From Fonticula alba ATCC 38817 (Eukaryota; Protista; Nucleariida): 13,091 nucleotides of DNA. Position numbers and translations under genes: made by a program. Positions 1 to 10,400 of the stretch are shown here, in pieces; the first letter of the stretch is position 1, and every line of letters begins with the position of its first letter. The stretch is from assembly GCA_000388065.2 (NCBI GenBank), contig KB932210.1; one strand, 5' to 3'. The notes below the pieces were generated by a model. It was not told the origin of the DNA, did not search any database, and worked only from the letters and a program-made list of their open reading frames with translations.

Positions 1-817
1 GGGGACACTCCCCCCCCCCCGGCGCGCAATGCCCGTGAGACCGGCCCGTGTATGTGAGCGCGCGCGCGCGCCCCCGCGCCAGGGGCACGGCCGGCCGGCG
101 GCGGCCGCACAATTGGCGATCAGCATATTCGCACGTAGCACCGGCGCAAACGCGCGCGTGCGCGTGCGCGGCCAGCCGGCCGCGCGAGCACGCATCATAT
201 ACACACACGCCAGGGTGCCGGCGTAACGGCCGCGGGCGTGCGCGTGCGCCCCCGCGCCCCCGGGCGCGGCCCCCTGGGCCTGGCGCATTGCAGGCTTCCG
301 CGAAGGCCCCGGCCCCCGGGCCCGCCGGGCCCGCTCCATTCCACGCGCGAGGGGCCCGGTCGCCGTGCGGCGTTGACAGGCTCCGCCCATCGCGGCGCCG
401 GCGGCCCACCAAGGGGCCGGCCACCGCAGAGCCCCAATCCCCCCGGAGGGGCCCCGGCCCGCGCACGCCCCCCCCCCCCGCGGCCGACAGGCATCATGCC
501 GGCAGCCGACATACGGCGGCCTGCGTTGGCGCCCGCCTCGCCGCCCCTGGGAGTCGCGTCTCGACTGCGGCCCCGGGCCCCGGCGCTGGTTGGGAGGCGC
601 CGGCACCAGGGCGTCGGCCTCCGGGCCGCCGGCCAGCCGACACCTTTCCTCCGGCCGGACGGCAGCGGGCGCCCGCGCGGCCCTTCCACGCGCGCGCCGG
701 CGACGCGGCCCATTCGTCGCGGCTCAAATCCGCCCGGCCGGGGGCACGCCCCCGCGAAGGCCGGGGCGACGTGCTGGCCCCAGCCCGATACGTGCCATGA
801 TGTTCGCCCGCGCTAAG

Positions 818-820
<3 letters not shown>

Positions 821-874
<54 letters not shown>
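821..874. repeat. (TC)n microsatellite
   Basis: About 22 perfect TC units followed by a short imperfect tail. Confidence 0.97.
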
Positions 875-973
875 CCTGGCTCTGCCTGGCCCCGACTGGC
901 CACGGCTCCCCTGCCCGCCGGCCCGCGCGCCCACACGCCCTTTACGTTGCACGCCTTCGCGCCCATACGTGTC

Positions 974-976
<3 letters not shown>

Positions 977-1005
<29 letters not shown>
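977..1005. repeat. (GT)14 microsatellite
   Basis: Seen directly in the sequence. Confidence 0.97.
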
Positions 1006-1008
<3 letters not shown>

Positions 1009-1426
1009 CGGGGCGGGGGGGGCAGGGGCCAGGCGCCCGTCTGCGTGGGGCAGGGCGATCCTGCGCGGTCGAACGCGGCGGCCGCCCCGCACGGAATGCC
1101 AGCTCCGCGGGCGATGCCAGCGCACGGCCCTGCGGAGCGCCTGCAGAGTGCGTGATCCCTTCGACACGTGCGCCGGTCTCCCCCCCGGCCAGGAGGGCGG
1201 CCCCTGCCTGCGGCATGCCGCGCGCCGGCTGGCGGTCAACCGCGCCTCGCCGGGACGCTTGCGCTGGCGTCGCCGGGGCCCGGTTCTGAAGGACCAGTGC
1301 GCCGGCCCAGCACCAGGCTCGCGGTCACACCGATGCACGTGTTGGACAGGCACCAGGGAGCCCCGCGCCGGGTCTTGGCACCGGCCCGCCGGCGCCGCCC
1401 TGGCCGGCTTGCCGTGCCGGCCTCGA

Positions 1427-1458
<32 letters not shown>

Positions 1459-1499
1459 CCCCCCCCCCCCCCCCCCCCCCCTCCCCCCCCCCCCCCCCC
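1427..1499. repeat. Poly-C tract (73 nt, two T interruptions)
   Basis: Seen directly; T at 1456 and 1482. Confidence 0.95.
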
Positions 1500-2129
1500 A
1501 CGCGCCCAGCGTGTCGGGCCTTGAAACACCGCCACATGAACCCTCGCTATGCGGGGCATCATGCAGAGGCGCCTGTGTGTCATTTAAGCGGGGGAAGTGT
1601 GCGGAGGGGGATGGAGGCGGCGGGGCGCCGCGTGCGGCGGCAACCGCACGACCGCGCGGCAGGAGCGCCTCCCTTGCACGCGGGCGCGGGCGCTAGCGCG
1701 CAAACACGTTCCCGCCCGCAGCAGACCCCCTGCCGGCCTCCGCCGCATTGTAATGAGCCAGCTGAAAACCATCGGTCTCCAGCGCGCGCGCGCGCGCGTG
1801 GCCCACCCCACCAGGGGGGTGCCTCTAGTGCGACGGCCACGCACGCCATGCTTCCCTGTGGCGCACGTTTCCGCTCGCGCCGGCCCCCCTGCCCCTGGCG
1901 AGCCGGCATATGCCAATGGAGGGCCTGGGGCGTGGATCCCTCCCGGTCCCCGGGGCCCTGGGGCTCGCGCTTGCGGCACCGAGCAGAAGGGGTCGGGGGC
2001 GCCCAGCTCGGCGGGGGGGCGGGGAAAAAAATAATAATAACAAGAGGCGCGTGCGGCGGAGGCGCGCGGGCCATCGGCGCCCGGAGGTCCGGCTCTCGTC
2101 TGCGAGGTGCGCCGCATCCCGCCGCCATA

Positions 2130-2850
2130 NNNNNNNNNNNNNNNNNNNNNNNNNNNNNNNNNNNNNNNNNNNNNNNNNNNNNNNNNNNNNNNNNNNNNNN
2201 NNNNNNNNNNNNNNNNNNNNNNNNNNNNNNNNNNNNNNNNNNNNNNNNNNNNNNNNNNNNNNNNNNNNNNNNNNNNNNNNNNNNNNNNNNNNNNNNNNNN
2301 NNNNNNNNNNNNNNNNNNNNNNNNNNNNNNNNNNNNNNNNNNNNNNNNNNNNNNNNNNNNNNNNNNNNNNNNNNNNNNNNNNNNNNNNNNNNNNNNNNNN
2401 NNNNNNNNNNNNNNNNNNNNNNNNNNNNNNNNNNNNNNNNNNNNNNNNNNNNNNNNNNNNNNNNNNNNNNNNNNNNNNNNNNNNNNNNNNNNNNNNNNNN
2501 NNNNNNNNNNNNNNNNNNNNNNNNNNNNNNNNNNNNNNNNNNNNNNNNNNNNNNNNNNNNNNNNNNNNNNNNNNNNNNNNNNNNNNNNNNNNNNNNNNNN
2601 NNNNNNNNNNNNNNNNNNNNNNNNNNNNNNNNNNNNNNNNNNNNNNNNNNNNNNNNNNNNNNNNNNNNNNNNNNNNNNNNNNNNNNNNNNNNNNNNNNNN
2701 NNNNNNNNNNNNNNNNNNNNNNNNNNNNNNNNNNNNNNNNNNNNNNNNNNNNNNNNNNNNNNNNNNNNNNNNNNNNNNNNNNNNNNNNNNNNNNNNNNNN
2801 NNNNNNNNNNNNNNNNNNNNNNNNNNNNNNNNNNNNNNNNNNNNNNNNNN
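2130..2850. other. Assembly gap (721 N) covering the probable promoter/TSS of the kinase gene
   Basis: N run ends 89 nt upstream of ATG 2940. Confidence 0.98.
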
Positions 2851-2939
2851 CCGCCTGGTGCGCCGTCACACGCTCCCCGCCCTCTCGCCCCCTCGCCACT
2901 CGCCGCCGGGCGCCCTCCCCTCCGCCGCCCCGGCCCAGC

Positions 2940-3065
2940 ATGGCTGCCATGGCGGCCCGCGGCCCCGGCCCGGCGGCCCCGGCCCCCGGATTGGCCGTGC
3001 GCCTGGCCCTGCTGCTGGCGGGCCTGGGATCGATGCTGCTCTTGCTGCCGCACTGGGCCTCGGCC
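2940..3065 (+). other. Predicted signal peptide (MAAMAARGPGPAAPAPGLAVRLALLLAGLGSMLLLLPHWASA)
   Basis: Basic residue, Leu-rich hydrophobic core and an A-S-A small-residue cleavage motif, followed by the acidic ATADDPDAD. Confidence 0.7.
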
Positions 3066-4269
3066 GCCACCGCCGACGACCCGGACGCCGACATGCCCCA
3101 GTTCCTGGCCTTGGATATGCCCATCAGCTCGGGAACCAACTCCAACAGTGGCTTCGGGCGCCTGTTCTCCAACGACCCCCTGGTGCACTACACCCTGCAC
3201 AATACCCAGTGCCACTTCTACTCGCAGGCCACCCATCAAAGCGTCTTCCCGGAGGCGCGTCTGGGCGGCTTCTTCCTCCGGCCCGCCGCCCGGACCATCT
3301 CCTTTACCGACATCCCGACGGAGTCCCGTGCGTCCATGTTGGCCGTGGCCGCTCCCCGGGCCGACCCGCTGATCGCCTGGCAGGATGCCCAAACGGTGGC
3401 CCTCTCCACCGGGTCCACCAGCTACCAGTACACCTTCGACCCCGGCGCGGTGCCGGCCCTGCTGGCTGCCTTTGCCACCGGGCCCCTGGTGGCCCAGCTC
3501 CTGGTCCAGTACGGTCCCGGCACCACCACCATCCTCAAGTTCAATGCCGGCGCCTGGACACGCACCGACGCGGCCATCAGCGCCACCTCCGGCACCTCCG
3601 GCCTGGCCGGGCACTTCTTCGTGGCCACCGCCACCGGGTGGGTGTGGCTGCAGGATGGCCGGCCCGCGCGGACCATCACCCTCGACGAGCCGGTCATCCA
3701 GCTGGCCGCCACCCGGTACCTGGTCACCGACCCGGCTCGCGTGGACTTGGTGGTTGTCACGGCCACCCGGCTGGTGATCTACATCGGCCTCGGCAATGAC
3801 AATGCCTGGCAGCAGGTCATCACCGACCCGCTGCCGGCCTCCCGGAACAGCCTCTCCCTGTCCATGGTCCCCCGGGTGCCTCTCATCAGCCAGCCCACCG
3901 GCTTCCTGTACCTTGCCCAGGCGAACACCGCCATCTGGCGAGCCAACCACCACCCCTCGCGGCCCCTGTGGCAGCGGGGCAGGGCTCCCTTCTCCTTGGC
4001 TCCCGCCGGGGCCAGGCCCATGCCCATCCTGATGGATGGCGTGCCAGGCCACCACCCGGAGCAGTGGGCCCTGTTCGACTCGTCGCGAGCCTACCAGCTC
4101 GACAGCCAGTTCGGCTGCTCCGGAGGCGATCCCTCGCTCGTGTGCCACCCGGACAGCGCCAAGTGGGCCTGCGCCCCGGGGCGCATCTACTCGCCGCTGG
4201 CCTCGCCGGCGGAGCTGTGCGCCGGCTGCGCCGATGGCTACTATCAGGTGCCCGTGACCCCATGGCAAT
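2940..4269 (+). CDS. Exon 1: signal peptide, first Cys-poor extracellular domain and start of a Cys-rich linker
   Basis: Part of ORF 1521..4505. Protein-like sequence starts at MAAMAARG and ends at WQ+t, immediately before GTACGT at 4270 (phase 1). Confidence 0.85.
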
Positions 4270-4350
4270 GTACGTCCGGGGGCCGGGGTCCTCCTCGGCC
4301 GGGGGCCGGCGCCCCCGTGTGGTCCGCTCGGGCTGGTGCTCCCTTCGCCC

Positions 4351-4436
<86 letters not shown>

Positions 4437-7400
4437 ACCCCCCCCCCCCCCCCCCCCCACCCCCCCCCCCCCCCCCCCCCCCCCTCCTCCCGCGCCCTTC
4501 TCTGACTGCTGCCTGACGCGCCATCCGCACATCGCACGCTCGCTGTGGGCCTCGCCCGGCTCGCCCTCATGACATGGTCACCCCCCTCCCCCCAGACCAG
4601 TGCCTACCCTGTCCCGGGGCCAATTGCATTGCCTGCATGGCCGGCGTGTGCACCGCCTGCGCGCGGAACTTCCTGCTGCAGCCGTCCACCGGCCCCGGCC
4701 AGCTGGCCTTCACCTGCGTGGCCCAATGCGCCCCCGGCTTCCAGCCCAGTGGCGAAGTCTGCCTGCCGGCTACCATGCCCCCGCTGGCGACTGCCTTCAC
4801 GCCCATGCCCCCGATGGCCGATGGCCGGACCATCCTCTCGCTGACCCGGACTCGGGCCTACCCGAAGGCCGGCCGACTGTATGTGTCCAATGCGTCGCTG
4901 GCGGCCCCCGAGCCCGGGGCCATGCTGGTCCTCCTGAGCGACTTCTCCTTCGGCATCCTGGACATGGCCCAGCTGGCGGCCAACCCGCCGGCCACCACCC
5001 TGCCCGTCATCCCGGTCACCCTCATCGGCGATTCGATCAGATACTCCGGCATGCTCTTCGAGCTCGGGCCGGTCATGCTCCCTGGCCGGGTGGCGCGCCT
5101 GTTGCTGATGAATATGTCCGACACAATGGCCAACTACCTGAGCCTGAGCTGCACCCTGCCCGGAGCCGCGCCGGCCGACGAATGCATGCTCACCGCGCCG
5201 GAACTGTCCCGCGTGCCGACCCACACCAACTTCTATCCCCCGCGGCAGCTGTCGCCGACCATCATCCAGGCGGACAACACCTACTTCGAGCTCCGCCCCG
5301 ATGGCACCCTCCTGTCGGTCAGGGACTATGATACCGCCTTCTGGGACCACTCGACCATGCTGACTCACATGGATCTGGCCACTGGCCAGCCGGCTGTGTG
5401 GATCTACCGCGTGGCAAGCGGCACTCTCATTGCCCAGCCCTGGGATTTGGTCAGCCGGGCCGACAGTCGCATCCGGGCCAGTGACACCTCCCTGGCCCAG
5501 CCCAACAACCCGATGTCGGTGGCGGCGCAGTCTCCGGCCGGGGGGCTCGCCCTGCCGCACGGTGTGGCCGCTACCACCACCACCACCACCACCACCACCA
5601 CCACCACCACCACCAGCAGCGGCGGTGGCGGCTATGTCAAACTCATGCCCAGCAGCAGCTGGAAGCCTCTGATGCTGGAGGTCGGGGCCACCCGGCGCCC
5701 GGCACACCTGGCCTCCGGCGACGTCCTGCTGACCAGCATGATCATTCACAACAGCATCCCCTACTGGGCCGTGGTAGCCTATGGCTCGGGGACGGATGCC
5801 CAGCGCCGGACACGGTCCATCGCCGGGACGACGCACCTACTGACCCCTCTGGACCACCTGCTAAACTTCGAGGCCAGTAGCAAGTTCCATGCGGTTGCCA
5901 TGCGCCTGCAGGGCCTGCCCGAATACCCCAGTGCCCTGGTTGTCCTGCATCCCAGGTTCCTGGGGATCATGCTGCTGCACTGCCCACTGGGGGAGCTGGC
6001 TTGCCGGCCCGGGCCGCGGCAAACCTTCGCCTATCCGGCCGCCGCGGAGCCCGTTTCGTACGACACCCTGGACGTGGCCCAGCTGGTCGGGCCAGCTTCC
6101 CTGCCCTCCGGCCAGCCGTCGGCCGTCAGCTTCTTCCTGACCACGCGCTTGTCCTCGGCCAAGGGGTTCCTGGTGCAGGTGGGCCTGGCCGAGTGCCCGG
6201 CCGGCACGTACGGCCCCCAGTGCCAGCCATGCCATGCTGCCTGCCAGACGTGCACCGGGCCGGCCGCCAGCCACTGCCTGGTGGCCAAGTGTGCGGCCTA
6301 CCTGCCGGCCGAGCCGGGCGTCTGCCTGGCCGCCTGCCCGGCCGGGCTGGTCCCCAACGCGCAGGGGGCCTGCCTTTGCCATGGCAGCTGTGTGTCCTGC
6401 GCCAGTCCGGAGCCCGGGGCCCCCTTCGTGTGCACCGCCTGCGCCATGGGCATGGCCGTGGCCCCGGCCGGTGGCCCGCAGGCCGGCCAGTGTCTGGCCT
6501 GTCACACCTCGTGTCGGACCTGCTCGGCCCCGAGCAATGGCCATGCCTGCACCTCCTGCCCGGACAATGGGGCCTTCCTGCGGCCGGATGGCACATGCGC
6601 CGCCGGCACCTGCCCGGCCGGGAGCTGGAACAACCCGGCATCGCGCACGTGCGCCAGCTGCCCGGTCGGCTGCTCGGCCTGCCCGGCGGCTCCCCGGTGC
6701 TCGGCCTGCCAGCCGGGCTTCCTGCACGAGGCCATCATGCAAACGTGCCTCCCCTGCGCCCCGGAGTGCACCACCTGCGCCGGGAGCACCGACACGTGCC
6801 ATGGCTGCCGGCCGGGGTACCGGTGGGCGGCCGGGGCCCCGCCCACCGGCACCCCGGCCGTCGCCCGGTGTGTCGCCTGCCCCGCCTCGTGTGTCTCCTG
6901 CCGCGACGATGGCTGGTGCCTGGTCTGCGAGCCGGGGCGACTGATGACCCCGACCGGGACCTGTGTCAGCGTCTGCCCGGCCGGCACGGCTGTCAATGCC
7001 GGGAAAACCGCCTGCGAGCCGTGCCACCCCCGGTGCAGCAGATGCTCCACCCCCGGCGCGGTGGAGGCCTGTCTCACCTGCGCCCCGGAGCTCCACCAAA
7101 TGGCCACCGACGACGGCATCACCTGCCTGGACGTGTGCCCGGTGGGCTACTGGTCGGCTGCCGGGGTGTGCACCCCCTGCAAGGAGGCCTGCCATGCGTG
7201 CTCCGCGGAGCTGGCCTGCGACGAGTGCCAGCCGCGGCACTTCCCCCTCGACGACGGGTCCTGTGCCCTGTGCGATGCTTCCTGCGCGTCGTGCGACGAT
7301 GCCTCATCCTGCACCGCCTGCCAGCCCGGGTGGCTCTTCCTCAGCACCGACCCGCTGGTGGAGTCCCTCTGTGCGCCTGCCTGCCCGGCCGGGCAGTACG

Positions 7401-10400
7401 CCGACACGGCCGCCGGCCGGTGCACCGGCTGCCACGCGTCGTGCGACACCTGTGGCCACGCCACCGCCTGTGCCACCTGCCGGCAGGGCCACTACTTCAC
7501 CAGCACCGACCCGCTGGTGGAGTCCCTCTGTGCGTCTGCCTGCCCGGCTGGCCAATTCGCCGACACGGCTGCCGGCCGGTGCGNNNNNNNNNNNNNNNNN
7601 NNNNNNNNNNNNNNNNNNNNNNNNNNNNNNNNNNNNNNCTGCGCCACTTGCTCCGAGGCCGGCGCCTGCACCGCCTGCCGGGAGGACCACTACTTCACCA
7701 GCACCGACCCGCTGGTGGAGTCGCTGTGCACCGCCGCCTGCCCGGCCGGGCAGTTTGCCGACACGGCCGCCGGCCGGTGCGCCACCTGCCACGAGTCCTG
7801 CGCCACGTGCGACAATGCGGACGCCTGTACGGCGTGCGCGCCGGCGTACGGCTGGCTGGCCGGCCGGTGTGTCGACTGCCCGGCCGGGTGCGCCGACTGC
7901 ACGCAGGCGGCCACATGCGACACCTGCGCCGGGGGGCTGCTGGTCATGCCGGATGGCACCTGCGCGGGCGCCTGCCCGGAGGGCACCTTCGCCGATGCCA
8001 CCGCCGGCCGGTGTCGGCCATGCGACGCCTCCTGCGCCGCGTGCGCCGGCGATGCCGCATGCACGGTCTGCCGGCCGCACATGGTCTTCTCCGACCCCGA
8101 CCCCGCCCCCGGGGTGGAGTCCCTCTGTGTGAGCACCTGCCCGCCGGGGGAGTTCGCCGGGCCCGGGCGCTGCACCATCTGCCACGAGTCCTGCGCCCTG
8201 TGCGCCGGGGCGGCGGCGCAGTGCCAGCTGTGTGCCCCGGGGTTCCATTGGGTCGCCGGGGCCCCGGGCGCCGGGGCCACCGGCACCTGTGTGCCCTGCC
8301 CGGCCGGCTGCACGGCCTGCGTGGGGGACTTCTGCCTCGAGTGCCAGGCCGGCCTCTTCCTGGGCCGGGAGGGCGCCTGCATGGCCGACTGCCCGGGGGA
8401 CCACTTCGCCGACGTCGAGTCGGCCACCTGCCAGCCGTGCGCCCTCGAGTGCGCCGCCTGCCTCGGCCCCACGGCGGCCCACTGCACGGCCTGCTCCCCG
8501 GGGCTGGACTCCTTCCCGGGGCAGGGGGAGCTGGTTTCCTGCGCATCCCCCTGCGAGCCGGGCGAGTACCGGCACCCGGTCAGCCAAGCCTGCGCCCCCT
8601 GCCACGAATCCTGTGCCACTTGCAATGGGCCCACCGACCACCACTGCTGGCGGTGCTCCGCCACCGGGGCCGTCCTCCAGGACGGCGAGTGTCTGCTGGC
8701 CTGTGCCGCCGGCTTCGCCCCGGTGGCCGGCCGGTGCCTGCCCTGTCACCCGTCCTGCGGCCAGTGCCTCGGCACCCGGGCCACCGAGTGTGTGGACACC
8801 TGCCGGGAGGACCTGCTGCCGATGCCGGCCGGCCAGTGGCCCACGCGCTGCGTCGCCAGCTGCCCGGTCGGCCATGCGGCCGGGCCGGCCGGCTGCTCCG
8901 CCTGCGGGGCCCACTGCGCCAGCTGCCCCGGCTCGGCCGCGGTGTGCTCCCAGTGCGAGCGCGGCTGGCTGCTGGCCAGCCCGGACTGCGTGCAGGACTG
9001 CCCCGGCGCCTCGATCCCCCAGGGGGGCCTGTGCGCCACGTGCGACCCGTCCTGCGCCTCGTGCTACGGGCCCGGCCCGGCCCGGTGCCTGAGCTGCCCG
9101 CCCGATACCCCGCTCCTGGTCAATGGGTCCTGCCATGGGGCCTGCCCGCCGGGGACCGTGTTCGACGCCCCCTCCGGCCGGTGCGCCCCCTGCCATGGCG
9201 CCTGCGCCGAGTGCCACGGCCCGGCCGCCAACCAATGCACCGTCTGCCCGGGCCCGGGGGAGGTCCTCCTCGACGGGGCCTGCCTGGCTGCCTGCCCGGC
9301 AGGGCACTATGTCCTGCGCCCGGGCCCGGGGGCCTCGCCCGGCCCGCAAGCCTCCTGCCACCGGTGCGATCCGTCCTGCGCCGAGTGCACCGGGCCGCTG
9401 GGCAGCCAGTGCACCCGGTGCCCGGCCGGGCCGAGCCTGCTCCATGGCGGGGCCTGCGTGGACGCCTGCCCGGCCGGCACCCTGGCCTGTGTGCCGGATG
9501 GCCGGTGTGACGCCTGCCCGGCCGGGTGCACCGCCTGCGAGGCGGCCCCCGGCATGGGCGGCATGTGCGCCGCCCTCTGCACCGACTGCCAGGCCGACCT
9601 GCGCCTGTCCTCCGCCGGCCAATGCCTGGACACCTGCCCGGCGGGGGAGTTCGAGCAGCCGGACCGCCGGTGCCGGCCCTGCGTGGCGCCCTGCCAGCAG
9701 TGCTTCGGCGCCGAGGCCTTCTGCACCACGTGCCGCGACCCGGCGGCCTGGCTGCGCCCCGACACCGGGACATGCTCCAGTGCCTGCCCGCAAACGGGCT
9801 TCGCCCCGGCCGAGCTGCTCGATGCGCCGGCCTCGCTGCCGGGCCGGGTGTGCGTGCCCTGCCTGCCCGGCTGCGAGCTGTGCCCGACGCCGGCGACCTC
9901 CCTGCCGGCCGATGTCTGCACCCGTAGCCCGGCGCAGGAGCTCACCTGTGCCCCGGTCGCCGGGTGCGCCCGGTGCGCCGGGCAGCTGCTCCTCCTCCAT
10001 GGGGCCTCCTGTGTGGCCGAATGCCCGGGCGGCTTCTACGCCGACTGGGACAACCCGGCGGCGGCGGCGGCCTGTCTGCCATGCGACGCGGCGTGCGCCC
10101 TGTGCACCGGCCCCGGCCCGGACAACTGCTCTGACTCCAAGCGCGCCAGGTCCACCGGTCTGGGTGCGTTGCCGCCTCTTCGGCGGGTCTGCCGCCGGCC
10201 ATGCCTCCTGCTGCCCTGACTGACCGTCGCCTTCTGTCCTCCCGCCCCCCCCCCCTCCCCGCGCGCCAGCCCTCGGCCTGGGCATCGGCCTGGGCCTGCT
10301 GTTCCTGCTGGTCCTGCTGCTGGCTCTGGTGCTGATCCTGCGCCGGCGCAAGGCCGTCCAGGGCCCGGCCAAGGTACGCGCCCCTCCCCGGCTCCTGGCC

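Larger units (their letters stand above)
6194..10129 (+). repeat. Array of ~27 furin-like (FU / growth-factor-receptor-type) cysteine-rich protein repeats
   Basis: Recurrent C-x2-C-x3-C-x2-C...C-x2-C...C-x3-CP-x-G pattern, e.g. CQPCHAACQTC, CAPCHESCATC, CLPCDAACALCTGPGPDNC. Units were counted by hand. Confidence 0.85.

Noticed and set aside
44-210. Possible inverted repeat, MITE or structured ncRNA in the CG/CA-alternating 5' region
   Set aside because: Complementarity is limited to low-complexity alternating dinucleotides; there are no clear terminal inverted repeats, target-site duplication or tRNA/snoRNA boxes.
1040-1426. Cys-containing stretch of ORF 590..1696 (RTECQLRGRCQ...DTCAG...VLKDQCAG...RCTCW) as a decayed furin-repeat pseudogene
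   Set aside because: Cys spacing does not fit the CxxCxxxCxxC pattern, the ORF runs through microsatellites and poly-C, and Cys codons are common in TG/GC-rich DNA. A tBLASTn against the ectodomain could revisit this.
29-2129. Short ORFs in the upstream flank as independent genes
   Set aside because: They are low-complexity translations of GC-rich DNA and microsatellites (LSLSLS, ERERER, VCVCVC, poly-P/G), with no convincing splice-linked coding structure.
1521-2939. N-terminal extension of ORF 1521..4505, and ORFs 1580..3172, 1584..4532, 1910..3799 and 2107..3372
   Set aside because: They are open only because they read through 721 Ns. The upstream part is low-complexity Arg/Gly/Pro/Ala sequence with no recognisable domain, and a signal peptide starts at 2940.
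4354-4484. Poly-Pro (formin/WASP-like) coding segment
   Set aside because: It lies between a consensus donor (4270) and acceptor (4595) whose splicing restores a Cys-rich motif; read-through hits a stop at 4503-4505.
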